NCBI GenBank assembly: GCA_949292875.1
Contig: CASFBJ010000009.1
Span: 64,271-128,270, forward strand
From: an uncultured Christensenella sp.
Lineage (GTDB): Bacteria; Bacillota; Clostridia; Christensenellales; UBA1242
Reading direction: 5' to 3'
Length of the DNA: 64,000 bases
The number at the start of each line of letters is the position of its first letter. Position 1 is the stretch's first letter. Below, in pieces: positions 1 through 8,900 of the stretch. The notes under the pieces were generated by a model. It had not been told where the DNA came from. It made no database searches and saw only the letters and a list, made by a program, of their open reading frames with translations. Made by a program: the position numbers and the translations under genes.

Positions 1-1909
1 TTTCTATAACTGCAGTATCTCCGCAACAAGCAAGCACAATGTCGGGGTCTTTACCTTTATTTGTACTTGCCCATTCCCATATACCTATACCTTTTTTTAC
101 ATGCTCAATAGCTTCTTTCATGTTTAGCCATTGAAAACTAGGGTGCTTTGATGCAACTATTGCATTTACTTGATTTTTAGTTCTTATACATTCATCAAAT
201 GAAGCGATAAGTGTATTTGCATCAGGTGGAAGATATATATGTGCTATGTCAGATTGTTTATTTGCTAAATGGTCCAAAAATCCTGGGTCTTGATGAGTGA
301 ATCCGTTATGGTCTTGTTGCCATACATGACTTGTTAGTATAATATTTAGTGAAGGTATATCTTGTCTAAAAGATATTCTTTGGCATTCTTTTAACCATTT
401 TATGTGCTGAGAAACCATACTATCTACTATTCTGGTAAAAGCCTCATAACTTACAAAGAAACCATATCTACCTGTGAGTAGATATCCTTCAAGCATTCCT
501 TCGCACATATGTTCACTTAAGTAACTATCCATTATTCTACCAAATGGACTAAGTTTGTCATCGTTTTTTAATCTTTCTGCTACAAAACTTCTGTTTTCTA
601 TGTCAAAAGTTTTATATAATCTATTAGACATTGCTTCATCGGGGGAGAAATATCTAAAATTTTTGCTTTCTTTATTTAATTCAAAAATATCTCTTACATA
701 AGCACCAAGTTCAAGCATGTCTTGAGTTTTTATTGTCCCATGTCCAATAAAACTTACACCATAATTTTTGCATTGTGGTAATACTAAATCTTTACTAACT
801 TCGCCAGCATTTGTATGCGGATTTGCACTTATTCGTTTATTTCCTTTAGGTATATATTTTTTGTATTTATCCATTAATTTGTAATTTTCATCAAAAAGTT
901 CATTAGGCTTATAAGATTGCAACCATTTTATAAGCATTTGTTTATTTTCTTCGCTGTCTATTTGTAAAGGAACTTGATGTGCTCTAAAAGTACCTTCTAT
1001 TTGTTTTCCGTCAACTTCTTTAGGACCAGTCCAACCTTTTGGAGTACGCAAAATAATCATAGGCCAAATAGGTCTTGTTGTATCTTTTGTTTTTCTTGCG
1101 TGATTTTGTATGCTTATTATATCTTCTATTACTTTATCCATTGTTTGTGCCATTTTTTTATGCATTTGCATACAGTCGTCGCCTTCAACAAAATATGGGT
1201 TGTATCCATATCCTTTCATTAAGTCTGTAAGTTCTTTTTTCGAAATTCTTGAAAGGATAGTAGGGTTATTTATTTTGTATCCGTTTAGATGTAAAATAGG
1301 TAATACAGCACCATCAGTGATAGGGTTTATAAATTTGTTTCCATGCCATGAAGTTGCAAGAGGACCAGTTTCAGCTTCACCATCACCTACAATACATGTA
1401 CATAATAAATTTGGATTATCTAAAACAGTACCAAAAGCATGAGATAAACTATATCCTAGTTCGCCTCCTTCATGAATAGAGCCAGGAAGTTGGGGCGCAA
1501 CATGACTACTAATTCCACAAGGGAAAGAAAATTGTTTGCATAGATTAATCATTCCTTGCTCATCTTGAGATACTTTAGGATAAACTTCACTGTATCTACC
1601 TTCTAAATAAGAATTTGATACAAAAAAGTTTCCACCATGACCTGGACCTGAAATTAGTATAGCGTTTAAGTCATATTTGCATATTGCACGATTTAGATGT
1701 GTGTATATGAAATTTTGACCAGGAACGGTTCCCCAATGACCTACAAGTTTTGATTTTATGTCATCTTTTAACAGAGGTCTTCTTAGTAAAGGATTATTTT
1801 TAAGATATAATTGTGCTACAGAAAGATAATTGCTTGCTCTAAAATAGCCGTTAAGTATTTCCAAATTTTCTTTATTGATTGCAAAATAGTCATTATTCTT
1901 TTTAATCAT
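1..1909 (-). CDS. xfp: xylulose-5-P/fructose-6-P phosphoketolase, first ~636 codons (C-terminus lies beyond the left window edge)
   Basis: Absent from the ORF track because it has no in-window stop. Reverse-strand translation starts at the ATG complementary to 1907-1909, with an AGGAG SD at 1916-1920. It gives MIKKNNDYFAINKENLEILNGYFRASNYLSVAQLYLKNNPLL..GHWGTVPGQNFIYTHLNR..ISGPGHGG..HEGGELGYSLSHAFG..VGDGEAETGPLATSWH..ILHLNGYKINNPT..RTPKGWTGP. These are collinear with phosphoketolase TPP-enzyme motifs, and the frame stays open to position 1. Confidence 0.9.
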   Translation of the reverse strand, partial: MIKKNNDYFAINKENLEILNGYFRASNYLSVAQLYLKNNPLLRRPLLKDDIKSKLVGHWGTVPGQNFIYTHLNRAICKYDLNAILISGPGHGGNFFVSNSYLEGRYSEVYPKVSQDEQGMINLCKQFSFPCGISSHVAPQLPGSIHEGGELGYSLSHAFGTVLDNPNLLCTCIVGDGEAETGPLATSWHGNKFINPITDGAVLPILHLNGYKINNPTILSRISKKELTDLMKGYGYNPYFVEGDDCMQMHKKMAQTMDKVIEDIISIQNHARKTKDTTRPIWPMIILRTPKGWTGPKEVDGKQIEGTFRAHQVPLQIDSEENKQMLIKWLQSYKPNELFDENYKLMDKYKKYIPKGNKRISANPHTNAGEVSKDLVLPQCKNYGVSFIGHGTIKTQDMLELGAYVRDIFELNKESKNFRYFSPDEAMSNRLYKTFDIENRSFVAERLKNDDKLSPFGRIMDSYLSEHMCEGMLEGYLLTGRYGFFVSYEAFTRIVDSMVSQHIKWLKECQRISFRQDIPSLNIILTSHVWQQDHNGFTHQDPGFLDHLANKQSDIAHIYLPPDANTLIASFDECIRTKNQVNAIVASKHPSFQWLNMKEAIEHVKKGIGIWEWASTNKGKDPDIVLACCGDTAVIE

Positions 1910-2209
1910 AAATTTCTCCTTTATTCATGCAGTATGGTTTACAATAATGTGTAAACATATACATAGTTAGTCTAAAAATGTAAATAACTAAACTATAGGT
2001 ATATTATCTTAAAAAGAAATATAAAGCAATGGAAAATAGGAAATTGTAAAAAGATTGATAAATGTGGAAAAGGTAAAATTAGATAAAAAAGCGTTTTTTC
2101 GGCATTTTTAGCACTCTTTTTTTAAATATCGACTAATTTAGTTGACAAAAATATTTTTTAAAATGTAAAATAAATTAAAAATTATAAACTTATATTTTTG
2201 GAGGTTGAA

Positions 2210-4762
2210 ATGGCAGAGATGAATAATGGAGATATGAAAAAGTTTGTACCAAGGCCAAAGCCTACTTTATCTGAAGTTAAAGAAAGTGGAGTAAAGAATA
2301 TAATCGGCATTGTACCAAGACCAAAGCCAAACTTTTCTAATGCTCCAAAAGTTCCACCAAGACCAAAACCTCAGCAACCTAAAATGCCTCCAAGGCCAAA
2401 ACCTCAACCTCAACCTAAACCAATTCAAAATGTACAAAATCAAAATTCTGCAACAACTACAACTCAAGCTACATATCCTAATGCTCAGATGGCGGGAGTG
2501 ACTGACCCTTATAGTTTTCAAGCATATAATTCCATGCTAAACAATATCCAATTTATGAATGCTTTAGGATTAGTTAATGGTATATATCAAAATGCACAGC
2601 AAAGTACTAAAAATTCTGTTATTAGTGCAAATGAGAAAAATATAGACAAACAAACTTTATTTGATGAGTTCTACGAATATGTAACAGAAAAAATGAAAGA
2701 AAAGGGTCAAATTTCTGAGAAAAAGACTCAAGATGACGGATTAGAAGATGTTGGTAATATAGGCAAAGAAGCAGTTTTTGGTGCTAAAAGAGAAGATATA
2801 TCTTTAGATAAATATCTAGAGAAAATGTGTAATGAAGATGAATTTTTAAAATTTGATGTTGTTAATTTACAATTAGATGATAGCCATAAGACGCCTATAT
2901 TTTCTACTGTGGCTACGGCAATTAAAAATGATGAACTAGGAAATGTTTTGTCTGTAGAAGAATATACTCAAAAAGATTATGAAAACTTAGTAAATAAAAA
3001 TTTTAATTATTTTATTGCAGATAAAGAAAGTAATCAAGAAATTGTAGATGATGAACTTCCAGAAATGGTTGAAAATGTTTCTAATGACAATATAAAAGAA
3101 ACAGAACAAAGTATTGTGGAAGAAAAAGATACTTCATTAGATGATACAAATATCAAAGAAAATGTGGAAAATGTTTCTTCAATAAATGAAAGTGAAGATA
3201 CTTTATTAAGCGAAGAAGAAGATAATAAAGAAATAAAAGAAAATACAAGTGCAGAGATAGAAAGTGCAGACAAAGAAGACGAACAAATATTACAAGATGT
3301 ACCTAATCTTTTTGAACTAGATGATGAAAATCTTAGTGATGAAGAAATAAATGAAAAAATATTTGATTTGCTAGAAGATGATGAAAAAACTAATAAAACT
3401 AAAGATATGCAAGAAGATAGTTCATTATCAGATTTGTCATCTGTTCAAGATTTTGATGAAAAAGAACTTATATTAGGTGATTACAATAGTGCTAAAATAG
3501 AAAATAAGGAAGCAAATATTGTAAGAAAAGCAAGAAATAGAAAATCTAAAGACATATACAATGCTATGTCTGAAGAACAAAATGAAGATATTTCAAAATT
3601 AAATTTTGACGATTTAGATATAGAAGCAAATAAAAATTATATTATAAATAGTCAAGGTAAAGAAGAAATCTTTAAAAATGAAAAAGATAAGCTTAAAAAT
3701 GAATTAGATAAAGTGTATACAGATAATAATGATTTGAAAGTTGAAATAGATGAACTTAAAAATATTATAGATACACTAAAAGTTGAACTTGGTAATGAAG
3801 AAAATGAAAAACTGGAATTAAAAGAAAAGTATGCGCTTATAGATAAAGAAAAAGAAAACAAGGAAATAGAACTTGCAAATGCACAAAAACAAAGTTCTTC
3901 AACTAAAGAAAAGATAGACGAGTTGCAAAGTGAAAATGAGTTTATGCGAAGCGTAGTAAATTCATTAATGGTTGAAATAGAAGAATTAAAGCAGGATATT
4001 AAAAACAAAGAAAGCAAAGAAATAAAAAATGTAACTCAAAATCAATCAAATATTAAGCAAGAAACTAAAGACATTAAACAACTAGACGAAGATAAAGAAG
4101 TTATTTCTCTTAATGATGAAGATAAAGAAATTGTTGATAGTGCAAAAGATATAGAAGAAACTGCTGTTGTAAATGATGTTAACATTGAAAATAGTGAAAT
4201 AGATAGTGATGAAAATAATGAAGAAGTGTATTCTAAAGAAAATTTGCAAGAAGTAAGTGAAGATATATTTAATGATGAAGATATTTATAATATTGATGGC
4301 ATAATTGTAGAAGAAGATACCATTGAAACAAGTCAACATTTTGTTGATAAAATGAAGCTTGCAACTAAAGATATACAAGACATATACAATGAAATAAGAA
4401 ATGAAATTATGTCTTATAAAGATGTAAAGGGAAGATGTAGTTCAGCGTGTGATACATTTAGATTAAATGGAGATATAATTGCAAAATTTTTGCTTATAGG
4501 TAAAACTATAAAACTATATCTTGCGTTAAATCCTGAAGACCCTAATTTACCTCAAAATATATATCATCAAAAAAATGAGAGCAAGAAGAAAGCGTATAAG
4601 GATACTCCTTTCATGGTTAAATTACAATCAGGTTTAAGTATAAGAAAAGCAAAGAAACTTATAGCGTATATGTTTGATGAACTAGATGTTGTAAAAAATC
4701 CAAGATACGAAGAAGTTGATTATGTTGAAAGTTTGGAAAGACAAACTGTAAAGAAAAAATAA
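2210..4762 (+). CDS. hypothetical large acidic coiled-coil protein with N-terminal PRPKP proline repeats and a compact basic C-terminal domain
   Basis: The track ORF starts at TTG 2198. I prefer ATG 2210 because GGAGG (2200-2204) lies 5 nt upstream. It has four PRPKP motifs, a long E/D/K/N-rich heptad-like middle, and a non-repetitive ~140-aa C-terminus (..GKTIKLYLALNPED..KAKKLIAYMF..). No family recognised. Confidence 0.75.
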   Translation: MAEMNNGDMKKFVPRPKPTLSEVKESGVKNIIGIVPRPKPNFSNAPKVPPRPKPQQPKMPPRPKPQPQPKPIQNVQNQNSATTTTQATYPNAQMAGVTDPYSFQAYNSMLNNIQFMNALGLVNGIYQNAQQSTKNSVISANEKNIDKQTLFDEFYEYVTEKMKEKGQISEKKTQDDGLEDVGNIGKEAVFGAKREDISLDKYLEKMCNEDEFLKFDVVNLQLDDSHKTPIFSTVATAIKNDELGNVLSVEEYTQKDYENLVNKNFNYFIADKESNQEIVDDELPEMVENVSNDNIKETEQSIVEEKDTSLDDTNIKENVENVSSINESEDTLLSEEEDNKEIKENTSAEIESADKEDEQILQDVPNLFELDDENLSDEEINEKIFDLLEDDEKTNKTKDMQEDSSLSDLSSVQDFDEKELILGDYNSAKIENKEANIVRKARNRKSKDIYNAMSEEQNEDISKLNFDDLDIEANKNYIINSQGKEEIFKNEKDKLKNELDKVYTDNNDLKVEIDELKNIIDTLKVELGNEENEKLELKEKYALIDKEKENKEIELANAQKQSSSTKEKIDELQSENEFMRSVVNSLMVEIEELKQDIKNKESKEIKNVTQNQSNIKQETKDIKQLDEDKEVISLNDEDKEIVDSAKDIEETAVVNDVNIENSEIDSDENNEEVYSKENLQEVSEDIFNDEDIYNIDGIIVEEDTIETSQHFVDKMKLATKDIQDIYNEIRNEIMSYKDVKGRCSSACDTFRLNGDIIAKFLLIGKTIKLYLALNPEDPNLPQNIYHQKNESKKKAYKDTPFMVKLQSGLSIRKAKKLIAYMFDELDVVKNPRYEEVDYVESLERQTVKKK
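2249..2422 (+). repeat. four PRPKP-centred proline-rich repeats inside CDS 2210-4762
   Basis: VPRPKPTLSE / VPRPKPNFSN / PPRPKPQQPK / PPRPKPQPQPKP; the DNA repeats ccaaga/ggccaaa(g/a)cc. Confidence 0.85.
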
Positions 4763-4770
4763 AAATTTGA

Positions 4771-4817
4771 AATTACCTCGCAAGTCTGTAAAGATTTCGT
4801 GTAGGTAATTTTTTTTA
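4771..4817 (+). terminator. candidate intrinsic terminator after CDS 2210-4762
   Basis: aattacct (4771-4778) pairs with aggtaatt (4803-4810) and is followed by a T-run. The loop is large (24 nt), so confidence is only moderate. Confidence 0.45.
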
Positions 4818-5004
4818 TTTATAAATGAAATCTTTTCTAGCCTTATTTTTCCATAATTCTCATTTAGCGAGAGTGACAAGAAATGACATGAGAATATATT
4901 TTTTGACAATCTTAAAACTAGAGATTATTTTCAGTTCAATCCTCTATGAATGATTTAATATATATGATAATATATAATTGAAAATTTATGTAAGGAGGAC
5001 TTAA

Positions 5005-5937
5005 ATGATTGCCATAAATAAAAGCGTTTTAATAAAACTTTTCATAACTTTGACACTTGCAATAGTTTCTGGTTGTTTTTTAGGTCTTTTTTATGTAAAT
5101 AGTTGTAGTAGTGGTAATAGTGAAGACTTATTGCCTCCAGAATTAGAGATAAGAGACAATATGGAAAAAGTTTTAAGTGAAATAATAGGTAAACCAGCAT
5201 ACACCATAGATTTGGAAAATAAGAGTCCTTTTGATTATGTGAAAGAAAGTTCAAAAAGTGTAAAAGATTTATCGGCAAGAGATAATTATATTTTAGCAGA
5301 ACATAAGTTATTAAATCCAACAACAAGTATAAAAAGAACAACTCAAGGTGTTGTGAAGGCAATGGGTGTTAATCAAACATTAGCATCTATAAGGTATTTT
5401 GGTAATAATGAGTATTTTGGTGAAGAAAAGAGCGAAAGTAGTTTTGTACAAGTTGCTTCTAGATTTTATTATTCAAATGGAATTGATACGGTTAAAGTTT
5501 ATAATGGTTCATTACAAAATGGCGTTGCTTCGTATACTCAAGAGCCAACAAAGATATATACTTACAATGAATATAGATTAGATTATGGAATAGGACCAAA
5601 CTTTTTTTTAGATTATATAGTTAGCTCTAAAACTGTTTTAAGTCAATCTTATGATGGCCTTGTTGATGGATTGCATCAGTATACATTAGAGTTACAAGTG
5701 CAAATGTGTGAAAAAAACTATATGTATAAGATAAAGAAAACTGCAAGTTCAAATGATTTTCCTGTTTTTAAAAGTGTAAAACTTGTATACAAAATAGATG
5801 ACGAATGGAACATGAAAGAAGTTAAACATTTTGAAGAATATGGTGTTTTTATGCCTATGCTAGGTAAGATTGATACTAAAGCAGAACTTGTAGACATTTT
5901 TGAATATGGTGTTGATTTTGAAATTCCTAAAAATTAA
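5005..5937 (+). CDS. hypothetical membrane-anchored or lipoprotein-like protein
   Basis: AAGGAGG SD. The N-terminus has a basic n-region and a hydrophobic span with a VSGC lipobox-like motif. A 10-nt gap to the next gene implies an operon with 5948-10525. Confidence 0.7.
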   Translation: MIAINKSVLIKLFITLTLAIVSGCFLGLFYVNSCSSGNSEDLLPPELEIRDNMEKVLSEIIGKPAYTIDLENKSPFDYVKESSKSVKDLSARDNYILAEHKLLNPTTSIKRTTQGVVKAMGVNQTLASIRYFGNNEYFGEEKSESSFVQVASRFYYSNGIDTVKVYNGSLQNGVASYTQEPTKIYTYNEYRLDYGIGPNFFLDYIVSSKTVLSQSYDGLVDGLHQYTLELQVQMCEKNYMYKIKKTASSNDFPVFKSVKLVYKIDDEWNMKEVKHFEEYGVFMPMLGKIDTKAELVDIFEYGVDFEIPKN

Positions 5938-5947
5938 GGAGTAAGGT

Positions 5948-8900
5948 ATGAAAAAAGTAAAAAATTTTTTAGCATATTTTTCCACATATATATTTGTAAC
6001 AATGGCGGTTGCGTGTGTTACAGTTATGATAAGTGGTATGTTTGGCGAAAAAGAAATTCCTAAAGTTAGTGCTGAATCGCCAATAGGTGCAATAGTTAAT
6101 AATATTACATCTATGCAAGATGCAAAACTTTCTATAGATGTGTGCATTGAAAAAGAAAATCAATCTATAGAACTAGTTGGAGACATTTGTATAGTTATAG
6201 GAAGTCAAATTACAGATATAAAAGCTTTTGAATTTGCAGGAGATTGCGTTTTTAATGGTCAAAAAATGTATGTAAAAGCGTCTCTTATTTCAAATACTTT
6301 ATATTTGCAGTTGGACGATAAGCATATAAAAGTAAAATTAGATAGTGCAAAATCTTTATTAAATAACCTTTTAAGTATTTTCAATATCAACTTTGATAAT
6401 GCTACTCAAGATATTATGGGCAAAGTAGATATAAATAAGTTGATGGCTCAAGATAAAGATATGGTTACTATTAAGGAAGAAGAAAATCAACTTATAGTTA
6501 CATTAAAACTTTTTGATGGTTTTGTTGTAGATATCATAACAGACAAGGAATATAATATAAAAAATATTAAACTTGAAGATTTTATTTTTGCTGATTATAC
6601 TATAAGTGCAAATATAGACATGAATAGTGTTAATGCAGGTAATACCGTAGAAGTTGAAGAAGATAAGTATGAAGATATGTCTGAAGTACTTAATATAATA
6701 GATGTATTTTCAAAAGGTTTAGATAAGTTTTTAGAAAATAAGAACTTGACTGCTGAACTAAATGCAAATGTTTTAGGGCAAGATGTATCAATTAAGTTTA
6801 ATATAGACTTAAATAATGAGTTACTTATAAAATTTGAAGCAAATATTTTGAATATAGAGTTGTGGGGACAAGTAGTAAATCAAACAATATATATAAATGT
6901 ATATGATAGTTGTATTGTCGTGCCTCTAGATGAAATTAAAGATATTGTTAAAGTATTAAGTGATAAAATATCTGCAATTATAGATATAACAGAAATAGCT
7001 TTTTCACCTCAAGATTTAGAAAAATATTTAATTCAATTTTTACCTTACATTCAAGTTTTAGATAATAAGATTGCAATAAATGTAAACGATGTTTACAATG
7101 CAGAATTACAAGTTAATGAACAAAATTCTACATATCAATTAAATTTTGCTGGCCCTGAAGTGCAAGCCAATATGTTGGTATATTCTACAAATGAAATATT
7201 TGAAATAAAAGATAACAATAAAAAAATATATGATTTAACAAATATACATTATTTTATTGATGCTTTATTAAATACTATTCAAGAAGACACTTTTGGTGGT
7301 AAGGGAACTATAAATATTAAAACTGAAAGCAAGGTTGAAAAGATAAATTTTGAAGTTGCTTTAAAATGTGATTTTGATAATGTAATACAATTAATATTAA
7401 ATAAAGACATTGATAAAATTTTACAATCTATTAATGGAAAAATAGTATTATCTTATGAAAATATAGTTATAAATGCACATATACAAAACTCTGCTATTTA
7501 TATAAGCACTTATGATATGAAAATTAAATTTGCTTTCAATGAAATAGAAAATATTTTAGATTTTGTTGAAAGTGAATTCGGAATTAAATTAGATGCTTTA
7601 AAGAATGATGTATTTATTGAAAATGTAAATTCGTATACATTAGATAGTCTAGCTATATATAATAATAGATTGTCTATACTTCTAAACAACGGTAGTAACA
7701 TTGAGATAAATTTTGATGAAAAAATCAAAGATATAGCTTTTATTTCACAGTCATTAGAGTGTAATATGAGCAAAGAAGATGTAGTTTATACAGCATTAAG
7801 CGAAAATCAAATTCAAGAATATATTCATTATTCTTATTTGCTTGATAAAATCGTAGCTATAAAAAATATATTTAGTCAAAACAAATTTAATGTAGACTTA
7901 AATGTAAAATATACAAATAATGGTGTGCAAAAATTAGACGCATTTGCAAATGTAAGGTTAGATTTATCACAAGGCTTGCTTGTAAATATCAATCTTAACG
8001 CTTTAAATAATAATGTAGAAGTACAATATGAAAATGATGTGTTTTATGTTATATATGATAACTTTAAAATATGTACACACATGCAAGGAATATATGATTT
8101 ATTATCTGTAGTAGAAAATTTATTTGGATTTGAAATAAATTTTGATGTTATGTCAAATTCGTTACAAGATATTAAAGATAAAGATATATCTACTTTAATA
8201 GGTTGTATAAAAAAATTAGAACTACAAGAAGATAGTCTAATATTAGTTTTGAATGAAAATGCAATATTAGGCATAGATAAAGATATTGAAATACAAATAG
8301 ATTTTAATCAAAACTCTATACAATATATACTTATTAAAAATTTATATATTTCAAATAAAGATAAGTTTGAGATATCTATAGATTTGAAAGAATATGAAGA
8401 AATTACACCAGTACAAGACAAGAATGAATATATAGATATAACAAATAGTTCAAATCTTGCTAGTGTGCTAATAAAACTAATACAAGGTAAAAATCTTTCA
8501 GGTGAAATGGATGTTCAATTTCCATTAAATAATAGCACGGAAACATTGAGTGTTTTATACAATTTAGATATAGATACAGAAGGTTTGCATAATTTTATTA
8601 CAAACAAAGAAACTGATAAAAACATAATTAATGTGTTAAAGTATATAGAAGGATATATAAAAGCAGAGTATAGAGGTTTAGAAGCAGAATTATATATACA
8701 AAATAGCGTTGTATATATTGAGGCTGTAGGTTTAAAAGTAAGTTTCAATATAAGTGAAGTTACAAATATTAGAGATTTTATTAATGCAGAATTTGGCGCT
8801 AATATTGACATAAGCAACTTAATAACAAATACAGATTTTTCAATAGATAATTTGTTTAGCAATCTTATAATTGAAGAAGATAAAACAAGTGTGCTTTTTG

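Noticed and set aside
974-1442. Two plus-strand ORFs from the track (82 and 110 aa) in the first 2 kb.
   Set aside because: They lie antisense inside the clearly recognisable phosphoketolase gene (minus strand, 1-1909). Their low-complexity, Cys/Phe-rich translations are typical of antisense artefacts in AT-rich DNA.
4856-4905. Second hairpin (attctcat ... atgagaat + T-run) after the 2210-4762 terminator as a possible riboswitch or attenuator for 5005-.
   Set aside because: The best promoter candidates for 5005 lie downstream of it, and there is no conserved aptamer-like structure. It is most simply a tandem or back-up terminator.
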